Source: an uncultured bacterium (lineage in GTDB: Bacteria > JAHJDO01). Taken from it: 64,000 nt of DNA. The notes beneath the pieces are model-generated. The model saw only the letters and a list, made by a program, of their open reading frames with translations. It was not told where the DNA came from and did not search any database. Position numbers and translations under genes: made by a program. The DNA lies in NCBI GenBank assembly GCA_964437505.1, contig CAYTGU010000006.1:5400-69399 (forward strand), read 5' to 3'. This document shows positions 17,261 through 26,950 of this stretch, in pieces. The stretch's first letter is position 1. Each line of letters starts with the position of its first letter.

Positions 17261-20211
17261 AAATCAAAAATCAATCTGGTATTGCTCTAATAATAGTTGT
17301 CTCCATTATGGCTGTTCTTGCCTCTATTGCTGCTGCTTTTTCATACAGCATGATAATGGACCAGCGCGCAGCAGCCAATTATATGAACGGGATAAAAGCG
17401 GACTATGTTGCAAAAGCAGGCATTCAGCACGCAATTGGCGTTCTAAAGAAGGATGGTGACCCGTCCAATAACGAATCAGGTGATTACTGTATGTATGAAG
17501 GATATGACTGGTATGGTGATGACTGGGGATATGATAGCACTTTGTTTGGAGGAGATACTGGTGGCGATGATTCAAATATAGATAACGATAGCTCTACTCT
17601 GACTCAGACTTCTGGATGTGGCAGTGGTTATGATTCTCGATGGGTATATCTGACAGATTCACAGGGGAAACTGATTGGAAGATACGCTGTTCTGGTTATT
17701 GATGAATCTGGCAAGGTAAATATAAATAGCGCAGGCGCAGGGCTCACATATGGGAACGAAGGCTGGACAACTGCTGAGATAAATCTTGGGCAGGTTTGCA
17801 GCGATATACTCTCCGATCAATCAAAGGCAGCAGATATCTTAAATATAATATACGGAACAGACGGTTGTTCCGGAATTGCTGATCATGATGACAATGCTGA
17901 CAGTGTCATCCTTAATAATGACGGAATAGATAATGATGGAGATGGAACAGCTGACGAAGGAGATGAGGGAGTAGATGATTCCGCAGAGTTTTATATTGCC
18001 AGGCCATACACTGCTTCCAGCGGTCTAAACGCTGATACGCCTTTTGTAACGATTGGGGAAGTCGTGTCTCTTGCCGGATTGAACAATTCAGATTATCAGT
18101 CATTATCTCCATATATCACAGCTTTTTCCTCTGACAAAAACCTCACGGATTCAGGGTTGGCACGGCTGAATATCAACGCTGTAAGCTCTGCAATGGAGTT
18201 GTATTCAGCTCTAAGGGATGCCTGCGAATATTGGGAAGGGACAGCAGCCTACTCAACAGCAGAGCTTGCTCAGATGGCAGTGAACATAATTGACTACAGA
18301 GACCGCGATAACGGCTCAACGCGAATTGATGTTGAAGATGATGCCGGCACTGTATTTACCCGATACGGCGTTGAAGGCATAAGAATAAATGAGGTAATGG
18401 TAAGGCCTGTGTTTAGGGAGGAAGCACCGGATCCACCCGACAGTAATGAGGGTACTGGCCTTGGATGGGAAGCACCTAATTGGACAAGTTCAGCTGTTGA
18501 TGATAGTGGTATATGGTCTTGGTCTAGTATTCCTGACGGCACATATAAAGTAAAAATTTATGGTTCAGGAAATGTGGATTACTGGATATATCCCAAGGTT
18601 AACGATTCGTGGTCAGGTGTGCATACAAAGGATTTACCTGATATCTCAACAGCAGATACAGTAATAATATCTGGTGGCGCAGGTGTATTTATGCTCAATG
18701 TTCGGGCTAATAATGATGATGATTACTGGTACCGTATTGAACTCTCCCAATCCCCTGACTGCGAGTATGTTGAGCTTGTAAATATTTCCGAAAATGCAAT
18801 TACAATGGACGGATGGCATCTGGAATTTCCAAATGGCCAGGTCGGCACTATTCCAAGCGGGACAAGTATCGCAAGAGGAGATACAGTGGTTCTTGCTATA
18901 GATAAAGACGATACATACGACAATGATGGCATCTGGCAGAATAATGCGGCAAATGGCATCTCTCTTCAAAAGTCAGTTAGCGATGGTCTTTTGGATTCTA
19001 CAACAGGCAAGTTTGATATAAACCAAGTCTATCAGCTCTCTTTTACGAATACGATTGAGGATGATATCCTCTGTGATACGGTTTTAGTAGATAGTCCTCT
19101 GCGTCTTTATGACGGACCCATCGCGCCAACCTCAGGCAATCCCGCGGGCCATATTGTTGATCAGGTTCTATGGGATAGTTCAATAATACAGGATAATGAT
19201 TTTCTCTCTATGGAAAGGAATGACCCGACTTATATGGGAGTAGATGAATTAAATGATTCAGGCATCTTTGACAGCTGGCTTATATGTGCAGATTCGGACA
19301 GAGGAACTCCAACATACGAAAACAACAATAATTCTCCAACTGTAAATATTAAGGTAAAAAACTCTCCATTTGCAAACATAGGGGAGATAGCGGATGTATC
19401 ATTCAGCGGAGAGGAATGGGTGAACATAGGAAATAGTTCACATGGTGAAAATATAATAAGGAATATTGCAGACAGGATCACTGTCTCAGGAAGACGGCTT
19501 GATGCGGAGTTTGGGGTCCATACAGGTTCAAACTGGGACTCTTCTCCAGAGGTAATACCAACATCAGAGGTAGCGCGTTCTACAAATCCCGGAGATCTTT
19601 ACTGGTTCAAGGCAACCGCTTCAGCAAGTTCAACAGAGGACACATGGACATGGTACACAACAATAGACAGATTTGAGGCAGATACATACATCATGTACGT
19701 TTACGGAAGAGAAGGCGGGACAATGAGAGTGAGAGTAGGCAATGATACTGCAATTATTACTCCAAGCTCAGATTATGGTGCTAGGTTTGGGCAGGTTGTT
19801 ATATCAGATACTACTTTGAATGTCGCTCTTCTGTCTCCAGATGTTAGTTCAGACTCAACATACTTTGATTATATTCTCCTTACACCAGCGTCAAAGACTT
19901 ATGGAAGATTGAATATAAATACAGCTGGCTATACTGTTCTTCAGTCACTTAAGGGAATAGGGACTGATACAGCAGAGAAGATTACGGCTGATACTCCATT
20001 TCGTAGTATTGGGGAGCTTGTTACTGCTCCAACAGCATCTATAGGAACTACGAATTTCCAACCAATTTCAAATCTCATTACAACAAAATCCAATGTATTC
20101 AAGATAATCTGCACAGGCCAGTCAATTCTGGATAAGAATGGTGACGGGACTTTTGATACAGACGACGAGGTGCTCGGGGAGAGGAAGATCACAGTTATTT
20201 ATGAGAGATAA
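17257..20211 (+). CDS. Very large GspK/PilX-like minor pilin (984 aa)
   Basis: MKIKNQSG|IALIIVVSIMAVL (no Glu5, typical of the K/X class); DESGKVNINSA, RLNINA, lamin-tail-like RINEVM...EYVELVN, HhH-like GRLNINTA...LQSLKGIG. Confidence 0.8.
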   Translation: MKIKNQSGIALIIVVSIMAVLASIAAAFSYSMIMDQRAAANYMNGIKADYVAKAGIQHAIGVLKKDGDPSNNESGDYCMYEGYDWYGDDWGYDSTLFGGDTGGDDSNIDNDSSTLTQTSGCGSGYDSRWVYLTDSQGKLIGRYAVLVIDESGKVNINSAGAGLTYGNEGWTTAEINLGQVCSDILSDQSKAADILNIIYGTDGCSGIADHDDNADSVILNNDGIDNDGDGTADEGDEGVDDSAEFYIARPYTASSGLNADTPFVTIGEVVSLAGLNNSDYQSLSPYITAFSSDKNLTDSGLARLNINAVSSAMELYSALRDACEYWEGTAAYSTAELAQMAVNIIDYRDRDNGSTRIDVEDDAGTVFTRYGVEGIRINEVMVRPVFREEAPDPPDSNEGTGLGWEAPNWTSSAVDDSGIWSWSSIPDGTYKVKIYGSGNVDYWIYPKVNDSWSGVHTKDLPDISTADTVIISGGAGVFMLNVRANNDDDYWYRIELSQSPDCEYVELVNISENAITMDGWHLEFPNGQVGTIPSGTSIARGDTVVLAIDKDDTYDNDGIWQNNAANGISLQKSVSDGLLDSTTGKFDINQVYQLSFTNTIEDDILCDTVLVDSPLRLYDGPIAPTSGNPAGHIVDQVLWDSSIIQDNDFLSMERNDPTYMGVDELNDSGIFDSWLICADSDRGTPTYENNNNSPTVNIKVKNSPFANIGEIADVSFSGEEWVNIGNSSHGENIIRNIADRITVSGRRLDAEFGVHTGSNWDSSPEVIPTSEVARSTNPGDLYWFKATASASSTEDTWTWYTTIDRFEADTYIMYVYGREGGTMRVRVGNDTAIITPSSDYGARFGQVVISDTTLNVALLSPDVSSDSTYFDYILLTPASKTYGRLNINTAGYTVLQSLKGIGTDTAEKITADTPFRSIGELVTAPTASIGTTNFQPISNLITTKSNVFKIICTGQSILDKNGDGTFDTDDEVLGERKITVIYER

Positions 20212-20220
20212 TGGGAAAAC

Positions 20221-20686
20221 AATTTCTAATTTCCAATTTTAAATTATTAATCAAGTCTTTAATGCTTTAATTTTTAATTATGAATTATGATCTAGAAGAA
20301 AGAACAGCGAAATTTGGGGAAAAGATTATTATGCTTTCGAAAAAAATTCCTCAAAGTACAATAACTTCGCCTATTACTTCTCAATTGATAAGATCAGGCA
20401 CAAGTCCTGGAGCAAACTACTGCGAAGCAACAGGTGCAAGTTCAAAGAAAGACTTTAAAAACAAGATACATATTTGTAAAAAAGAAATTCAAGAGACAAA
20501 GTACTGGTTAAGAATGCTGACGATAGCTTATCCTGAGGTTAAAGGTGAAGCAAGAAAATTATGGAAAGAAGCGCAGGAGTTAACATTGATATTTGCAAAG
20601 ATTATCTCAACTCTGGATAAGAGAAAATAAATAGAAATTATAAAATTAGTAATTGATTGAAAATTAGAAATTTAAAATTAATAATT
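20221..20686. other. Four-helix-bundle cassette bounded by 34-bp imperfect inverted heptamer arms
   Basis: Left 20221-20254 AATTTCT AATTTCC AATTTTA AATTATT AATCAA; reverse complement of right 20653-20686 AATTATT AATTTTA AATTTCT AATTTTC AATCAA (26/34 identical, though very AT-rich). Confidence 0.65.
20280..20630 (+). CDS. Four helix bundle protein (23S rRNA IVP / bAvd-like, TIGR02436 type)
   Basis: YDLEERT.KF, SQLIRSGTSPGANYCEA..A.SKKDF.NKI.ICKKE..ET.YWL, EA.EL..IF. Confidence 0.9.
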   Translation: MNYDLEERTAKFGEKIIMLSKKIPQSTITSPITSQLIRSGTSPGANYCEATGASSKKDFKNKIHICKKEIQETKYWLRMLTIAYPEVKGEARKLWKEAQELTLIFAKIISTLDKRK

Positions 20687-20718
20687 CATGTGTAGGGTTA
20701 CGGGTTTTGGAGTTTAGT

Positions 20719-21808
20719 ATGGATCAGTTAAAACACAGATTAAATGTATTGAGAAAGAACCTGGATCACGCAAAGGTGTATCTTTGACTACTCCAAGAAG
20801 ATTGAAGAAATAAAGCAGTTAGAAGAAGAGACTTCAAAGCCGGACTTCTGGACAGATAACAAAAAAGCCACAGGTATCATAAAACAGATCAAAATCCTAA
20901 AAGATATTATCACGCCTCTTAATAACCTTGTCAAAGAAACAAATAATGCGTTAGAACTGGTTGAGCTCGCTTTGTCAGAGAAGGATAACTCAATCTCTTC
21001 TGAAATTGCCGCAGAGCTTGAGAAGCTGGAAGAAGAGTATAAAAGTTTTGAATTAAAATTAACTTTAAGCGGAGAGTATGACGGAAATAATGCTATTATG
21101 ACCATTCATTCAGGCGCAGGAGGAACAGAAGCGTGCGATTGGGTAGAGATGCTGCTGAAAATGTATGTCAAGTGGGCGGAGAAAAGAGGTTTTAAAACGG
21201 AAATCGCAGATATTCTGGCTGGTGAAGAAGCTGGTATAAAAACCGTGACAATTATGATTAAGGGTGATTATGCGTACGGCTATCTGCGTTCTGAAATAGG
21301 TGTACACAGACTTGTAAGAATATCTCCGTTTGATGCGAATAAAAGAAGACATACCTCATTCTGTTCAGTTGATGTGATTGCAGAAGTGGAGGACGAGGCT
21401 GATGTTGAGATCAAGGAAGATGACCTGAGAATTGATACTTACCGCGCAAGCGGTCATGGAGGACAGCATATCAATACCACTGACTCTGCTGTGCGTATAA
21501 CACATCTGCCTACAGGCATAGTTACTCAATGTCAGAATGAACGCTCTCAGCTCAAAAACAAGTCAACGGCAATGAAGGTTCTGAAAGCCAGGCTGGTTGA
21601 ACACCGCATGCGAAAGAAGGAAGAAGAGATGCAGAAATACAATAAAGATAAGAAGAAGATAGAATGGGGCTCCCAGATTCGTTCTTATGTATTTCAGCCG
21701 TATACACTTGTTAAGGATCATAGGACAGGCGCTGAAGTAGGAAATATTCAGGCGGTCATGGATGGGGATATAGACAAGTTTATAGAAGCATTCTTAAAGA
21801 TAAAGTAG
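20719..21808 (+). CDS. prfB: Peptide chain release factor 2, +1 programmed frameshift (about 362 aa)
   Basis: ORF1 from ATG 20719 to CTT TGA C (20782-20788); the +1 frame from GAC 20786 runs into the track ORF at 20972; VRISPFD (SPF) and GGQ present. Confidence 0.95.
20773..20788 (+). promoter_or_regulatory. prfB autoregulatory frameshift site
   Basis: Internal SD-like AGGTG, TAT, then CTT TGA C. Confidence 0.93.
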
Positions 21809-21821
21809 TATCCCTTTTCTA

Positions 21822-21850
21822 TTGCGTGTCTATATGCTGTATGTTAGAAT
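21822..21850 (+). promoter_or_regulatory. Possible sigma70 promoter with extended -10
   Basis: TTGCGT-17 bp-TAGAAT preceded by TG-T. Confidence 0.45.
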
Positions 21851-21865
21851 TTATTCAGAGGCGAT

Positions 21866-22471
21866 ATGAAACATAATTTATTGGTTTTTATTTCAAGTGT
21901 CATTTTTATTGTATTGGGGTTTTGTCAGCATGTTTTTGCTGTTGGCAAGATTGAGACGTTTGTAAGAGATCATCCTGTAGGAGTCTTTTTTTCAATTATG
22001 GGACCTGTAGTAGGTGCTTTATTTATTTATTGGATGGTTCATCACATATTCCGCCTTGGCAAAGCAGAAATGGATGTTGTTAAAGAAAAAATAGAACGAT
22101 CGAAGAAAGATGAAGAAAAACACGAATTATTCACTAAAATTCCTGAAGGCAATATTGAACGAGGTCTCTCCCTGCCTTCTGTCAGATTAATTGCCAGAAG
22201 TCAGCATGGGTTTTTAAAAGAGTACAAATTAGGCGCTAATAAAGAGTTTTTTATTGGAAGGAGCGATACCTGCAATATTGGGATTAAAGAGATCAGAGTA
22301 TCCAGGGTTCATGCAAAAATCAGGCCTGAAAAAGAGGGATACATTCTCTATGACTTGGTTAGTAAGGGAGGAACCATTGTTAACGGCATAAAGATAAAGA
22401 GATATCGTCTCAGACATAATGATAGAATTGGAATAGGATATACAGAAATAACATTCAAGATAGAGGTATAA
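21866..22471 (+). CDS. Membrane-anchored FHA-domain protein
   Basis: Two hydrophobic N-terminal segments; FIGRS, VSRVHA.I, DLVSKGGT.VNG, L..NDRI.IG. Confidence 0.85.
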   Translation: MKHNLLVFISSVIFIVLGFCQHVFAVGKIETFVRDHPVGVFFSIMGPVVGALFIYWMVHHIFRLGKAEMDVVKEKIERSKKDEEKHELFTKIPEGNIERGLSLPSVRLIARSQHGFLKEYKLGANKEFFIGRSDTCNIGIKEIRVSRVHAKIRPEKEGYILYDLVSKGGTIVNGIKIKRYRLRHNDRIGIGYTEITFKIEV

Positions 22472-22490
22472 TTATAGTGGAGGTAAGAAC

Positions 22491-23360
22491 ATGTTTGAAG
22501 GGTCAATAGTTGCAATAGTTACACCATTTGAAGATGGCAAGATTGATGAACGCAGGTTATCAGAACTTATTGAGTTTCATATTTCAGAGGGCACAAGCGC
22601 AATTCTTCCATGTGGATGTACAGGAGAGGCAGCTACACTTACCCATAAAGAACAGGAATACATGATAAAATTAGTTATTGGTATTGTTAATAAGAGAGTT
22701 CCTGTGATTGCCGGAACAGGTTCAAATAGTACTGAAGAAGCTCTGGCACTTACAAAATCGGCTAAAGAGGCTGGAGCAGATGGAGCCTTGCTGATTACTC
22801 CATACTATAATAAACCAACTCCAAGAGGGCAGTATTTGCATTATGAGAAGATAGCTAAGGCGGTGGATATTCCTGTTATACTGTATAATGTGCCTTCCAG
22901 AACAGGTATAAGCATTCTGCCCAGGACCATTGCGGAGCTTTCAAAGATTGATAATATTGTGGGTATAAAGGAAGCAAGCGGGAGCCTGGACCAGGTCAGT
23001 GCTATAATAGATCTGTGTGATATAACTGTTCTTTCAGGAGATGATGCGTTAACCCTGCCTATGATGGTGCTTGGAGCAAAGGGAGTAATCTCAGTTGCAG
23101 CGAATATAGTTCCAAAGCGTATGGCTATGATGGTGAAGAATTTTATGGCTGGCAACTTAGAAGAATCCAGAAAAATTCATTTCAGCCTGTTTCCGCTGTT
23201 TAAGGCATTATTCTATGAAACAAATCCAATCCCTGTAAAAACAGCTCTTGGAATGATGGGCAGGATAACTCCCGAATTAAGACTGCCTCTTTGTGAGATA
23301 GAAAATGAGAACAGGGAAAGATTAAGAAAGGTACTGACTGATACGGGGGTTTTGTCATGA
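22491..23360 (+). CDS. dapA: 4-hydroxy-tetrahydrodipicolinate synthase
   Basis: GCTGE, PYYNKP, LYNVPSRTG, GIKEAS, ETNPIPVK; followed by dapB. Confidence 0.96.
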   Translation: MFEGSIVAIVTPFEDGKIDERRLSELIEFHISEGTSAILPCGCTGEAATLTHKEQEYMIKLVIGIVNKRVPVIAGTGSNSTEEALALTKSAKEAGADGALLITPYYNKPTPRGQYLHYEKIAKAVDIPVILYNVPSRTGISILPRTIAELSKIDNIVGIKEASGSLDQVSAIIDLCDITVLSGDDALTLPMMVLGAKGVISVAANIVPKRMAMMVKNFMAGNLEESRKIHFSLFPLFKALFYETNPIPVKTALGMMGRITPELRLPLCEIENENRERLRKVLTDTGVLS

Positions 23361-24130
23361 TTAATGTAATTGTTAATGGTGCGTGCGGAAAAATGGGAAA
23401 GAGAATAATTGCTCTCTTATCCATGCAGAAAGATTTGCGTCTTTTTGGAGCGGTTGAGATTTTATCTCATCCTGATATAGGGAAAGATGTTGGCGTAAAG
23501 GTAACCTCCTCTGTTAAGGACATTATAAAGGATGCAGATGTTGTAGTTGATTTCTCATCTGCAGAGGGAGCTCTTGCATCTGCCGGAGTCTGTGCAAAGC
23601 ATAAGAAAGCGCTAATTATTGGCACTACTGGATTGAGCGTTGAAGCGTTATCTGAGATAAAAAGCATCTCTCGTATAGTTCCCTGTCTTGTTTCTTCAAA
23701 TATGAGTGTTGGTATTAATCTTTTGAGTAGGCTTGTTGAGCAGACGTCAAGCATATTAGGAGATGAATACGACGTGGAGATTATAGAGGCGCATCATAGG
23801 TTTAAGAAGGATGCTCCAAGTGGTACGGCAAAAACTCTTGCTGAAATTATTTCGAAGGTAAAAGGTAAGCAGCTTAAGGATGTGGCTACCTACGGCAGAG
23901 AAGGACTGGTTGGAGAAAGAAAGCTAAATGAGATTGGAATACATGCTGTTAGAGCAGGCGATATAGTTGGAGAACATACGGTTATATTTGCAGGAGCTGG
24001 CGAAAGAATAGAACTCAAGCATATTGCAAGCACAAGGGATACATTTGCGCAGGGAGTTATTAAAGCAATAAAATTCATTAGTACCCAAAGAGCAGGACTC
24101 TATGATATGAAGGATGTGCTGGGGGTTTAA
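23357..24130 (+). CDS. dapB: 4-hydroxy-tetrahydrodipicolinate reductase
   Basis: GACGKMG, IGTTG, N.S.GIN, EAHHRFKKDAPSGTA, R.GDIVGEH. Confidence 0.96.
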   Translation: MINVIVNGACGKMGKRIIALLSMQKDLRLFGAVEILSHPDIGKDVGVKVTSSVKDIIKDADVVVDFSSAEGALASAGVCAKHKKALIIGTTGLSVEALSEIKSISRIVPCLVSSNMSVGINLLSRLVEQTSSILGDEYDVEIIEAHHRFKKDAPSGTAKTLAEIISKVKGKQLKDVATYGREGLVGERKLNEIGIHAVRAGDIVGEHTVIFAGAGERIELKHIASTRDTFAQGVIKAIKFISTQRAGLYDMKDVLGV

Positions 24131-24131
24131 A

Positions 24132-24614
24132 GTGTGTATATATTTAAGTCTTGGTTCAAATATAGGAAAGCGCAAGGCAAGTATTCAGAAAGCTGTTCGG
24201 CTCTTGTCTCAAAATCCGCGGATTGATGTCAAGAAGTGTTCTTCATTTTATGAAACAAGTCCTGTCGGCGTGGAGAAGCAACCGTGGTTTGTGAACTGCG
24301 CAGTTGAAGTTGAGACAGATATTGAGCCTAAAGACTTATTGAAAATTATTAAAGATATTGAGCTTTCCATGGGAAGAAAAAGTTCATTTGTTGGAGCCCC
24401 TCGGGAAATAGACATAGATATAGTTTTTTTTAAGAATATTGTTTTGAATGAACAGGTTTTGAAAATTCCTCATTCTCAAGCGCACAGGAGAGCGTTTGTG
24501 TTGGCTCCTTTAGCTGAGATTATTGAGGATTTGATACATCCTGTTCTTGGAAAGTCTGTGAAACAGTTGCTGGATGAGATAACAGAAGAACAAATTGTTA
24601 GGAAAATGAAATAG
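24132..24614 (+). CDS. folK: 2-amino-4-hydroxy-6-hydroxymethyldihydropteridine diphosphokinase
   Basis: YLSLGSNIG, YET.P, F.N, PREIDIDI, IPH...R.FVL.PL. GTG 24132 preferred over track 24114. Confidence 0.93.
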   Translation: MCIYLSLGSNIGKRKASIQKAVRLLSQNPRIDVKKCSSFYETSPVGVEKQPWFVNCAVEVETDIEPKDLLKIIKDIELSMGRKSSFVGAPREIDIDIVFFKNIVLNEQVLKIPHSQAHRRAFVLAPLAEIIEDLIHPVLGKSVKQLLDEITEEQIVRKMK

Positions 24615-25280
24615 ATGCTAGAGGGTAAATATATTGTTATTGAAGGCACTATTGGTGTAGGAAAGACATCTCTTGCCAGAGAGCTCTCAAGAGAGATTAA
24701 CGGGAAACTGGTTCTTGAGAAAAGTGAAGAAAACCCATTTCTGGAGAAGTTTTATGCGAATGCAGAAGAATATGCCTTTCAAGCGCAGATTTTCTTTCTT
24801 CTCTCAAGATATAGCCAGCAGCAAAAAATATTGCAGAGAGAGCTTTTTAAAAGGGCTGTTGTGTGTGACTATTTATTCACAAAGGATAGAATATTTGCAT
24901 ATCTTAATCTTAATGAGGATGAATTGGGATTATATAATCATCTTGAACCTCTGCTTGCCAAGAGGATTCCTGCACCCGATTTAGTAATATATCTTCAGGC
25001 ATCTACCTCAGTTTTAATTCAACGCATAAAAAATAGAGGAAAGCAATATGAGATGGAAATTTCCGAGAAATACATAGAAGAGCTTAATAAAGCGTATAAC
25101 CATTTCTTTTTTCTATATAAAGACAGCCCGCTGCTTTTTGTGGATACTGACCAGATAGATTTTGTTCATAGCAAGATAGACCTTAATGATTTGATTAAAA
25201 CAATAAAAGACATGCGAGGAGGTACTCAATATTATAAGCCTGTTTCCTCAGATATATTTATAGAAAGGACATTATCATGA
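24615..25280 (+). CDS. Deoxynucleoside kinase family protein
   Basis: IVIEGTIGVGKTSL, NPFL..FY, Q.FFL.SR, PDLVIYL, RI..RG..YE. Confidence 0.9.
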   Translation: MLEGKYIVIEGTIGVGKTSLARELSREINGKLVLEKSEENPFLEKFYANAEEYAFQAQIFFLLSRYSQQQKILQRELFKRAVVCDYLFTKDRIFAYLNLNEDELGLYNHLEPLLAKRIPAPDLVIYLQASTSVLIQRIKNRGKQYEMEISEKYIEELNKAYNHFFFLYKDSPLLFVDTDQIDFVHSKIDLNDLIKTIKDMRGGTQYYKPVSSDIFIERTLS

Positions 25281-26071
25281 AAAAAACAGCTGTAGTAATT
25301 CGGGACATGAAAGGGACAAAAAAGATTGTTGCTCTTACTTCTTACAGTTATTGGATGACAACTATTATTAATCAGGCAGATATTGATTTAATTCTTGTTG
25401 GTGATTCACTTGCATCTGTGATGCTCGGGTACAAGGATACTATACCGGTAACAATGGATGAAATGATACATCATACCAAAGCTGTATCAAGAGCCAAGCC
25501 TGATTCACTGATTGTCGCAGATATGCCGTTTATGTCGTATCAGGTAAGTTCGGAGCAAGCGGTTGAAAATGCGGGCAGGTTTATAAAAGAAGCAGGAGCT
25601 GAGGCAGTTAAGCTGGAAGGGGGAAAGCAGATAGAAGATGCTGTATATAGGATTGTTCAGGCAGGAATTCCGGTATTAGGTCATATAGGACTGACTCCTC
25701 AATCAATTCATCAGATCGGGGGATATAGAGTTCAGGGAAGGGATTCTGCGAAAGCTAAGAATCTCGTTGAAGATGCTTTGCTGCTTGAAGAAACAGGGGC
25801 TTTTGCTGTTGTTCTTGAATGTGTTCCATACTCGCTCGCAAAGGACATAACAAAAAAACTTCATATCCCGACTATTGGGATTGGGGCAGGTCCGTACTGT
25901 GATGGACAAATATTAGTGATACACGATATGCTTGGCCTAAAAACAGGACACGTTCCAAAATTTGTTAAGCAGTATTCCAATCTAACAGAACCTATCGCAA
26001 AAGCGCTTGAGGCCTATAAAAAAGATGTACATGCAGGAAAATTCCCTGATAAAGAGCATAGTTACGAATGA
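25277..26071 (+). CDS. panB: 3-methyl-2-oxobutanoate hydroxymethyltransferase
   Basis: ILVGDSL, DMPFMSY, VKLEGG, GHIGLTPQ, TIGIGAG..CDGQ.LV..D.LG. Confidence 0.97.
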   Translation: MKKTAVVIRDMKGTKKIVALTSYSYWMTTIINQADIDLILVGDSLASVMLGYKDTIPVTMDEMIHHTKAVSRAKPDSLIVADMPFMSYQVSSEQAVENAGRFIKEAGAEAVKLEGGKQIEDAVYRIVQAGIPVLGHIGLTPQSIHQIGGYRVQGRDSAKAKNLVEDALLLEETGAFAVVLECVPYSLAKDITKKLHIPTIGIGAGPYCDGQILVIHDMLGLKTGHVPKFVKQYSNLTEPIAKALEAYKKDVHAGKFPDKEHSYE

Positions 26072-26910
26072 AGATTGTTAAAACTGTAGGCCACATGCAG
26101 CAATTATCCAAGGGAATAAGACATCATAATAAGAGCATTGGTTTTGTTCCAACAATGGGGTATCTTCACGACGGACATTTGAGTCTTATACATAGAGTAA
26201 GAAAGGACTGTGATGTTGTAGTTGTGAGTATATTTGTGAATCCAACGCAGTTTGCCCCGGGAGAGGATTTAAAGAAATACCCGAGAGATTTTGATATGGA
26301 CAGGAAACTGGCAAAAAGAGCAGGAGCGGATATCATTTTTTATCCGGATGCGAAACATATTTATACTAAGGGTTTTTCTGCATTTATTGATGTTGAAAAT
26401 CTGGATAAAGTCTGGGAAGGGAAAACAAGACCTGCACATTTTAGAGGAGTATGCACTGTTGTCGGGAAACTTTTCAACATTGTGAATCCGGATATTGCTT
26501 ATTTTGGACAGAAAGATGCTCAACAAGCCGCAATCATTAAAAGGATGGTGAAAGACCTGAATTTTAACGTGAGTATTGTTGTTGCGCCAACTGTCAGAGA
26601 AAAGGATGGTTTGGCAATGAGTTCAAGAAATAAATATTTATCTTCTGAGGAAAGAAAGGCAGCTTTGGTATTATACAGATCTTTACAGGAAGCAGATGGA
26701 ATGATAAAAAACGGAGAAAAAAAATCTGATAATGTGTTAGAACGCATGAGAGATGTAATAAAGAAAGAAAAGCTGGCGCATTTGGATTATGTTGGGATAG
26801 TCAATCAGGAGGATTTTTCGCCTGTTTCTGAGATTTTAAAAACCAGTTTAATTATAATCGCCTGTCGCATAGGCAAAACACGGCTTATAGACAATTTTTT
26901 GCTGATGTGA
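26068..26910 (+). CDS. panC: Pantoate-beta-alanine ligase
   Basis: FVPTMGYLHDGH, SIFVNPTQF, RP.HF.GV, FGQKD.QQ, GLAMSSRN, RLIDN. Confidence 0.97.
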   Translation: MKIVKTVGHMQQLSKGIRHHNKSIGFVPTMGYLHDGHLSLIHRVRKDCDVVVVSIFVNPTQFAPGEDLKKYPRDFDMDRKLAKRAGADIIFYPDAKHIYTKGFSAFIDVENLDKVWEGKTRPAHFRGVCTVVGKLFNIVNPDIAYFGQKDAQQAAIIKRMVKDLNFNVSIVVAPTVREKDGLAMSSRNKYLSSEERKAALVLYRSLQEADGMIKNGEKKSDNVLERMRDVIKKEKLAHLDYVGIVNQEDFSPVSEILKTSLIIIACRIGKTRLIDNFLLM

Positions 26911-26950
26911 TAGCATAACGGGAAATTTTTGGATAAAAATAAGGGGTTTT

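Noticed and set aside
17260-17273. AAAATCA x2 in the GspK-like leader
   Set aside because: It would extend the leader-repeat pattern, but two A-rich units are too weak to support.
20280-20630. Diversity-generating retroelement
   Set aside because: The fold is Avd-like, but no reverse transcriptase or template/variable repeat pair was found.
20693-20716. GGGTT/GGAGTT periodic motif before prfB
   Set aside because: Degenerate, irregular period, and overlaps the probable RBS.
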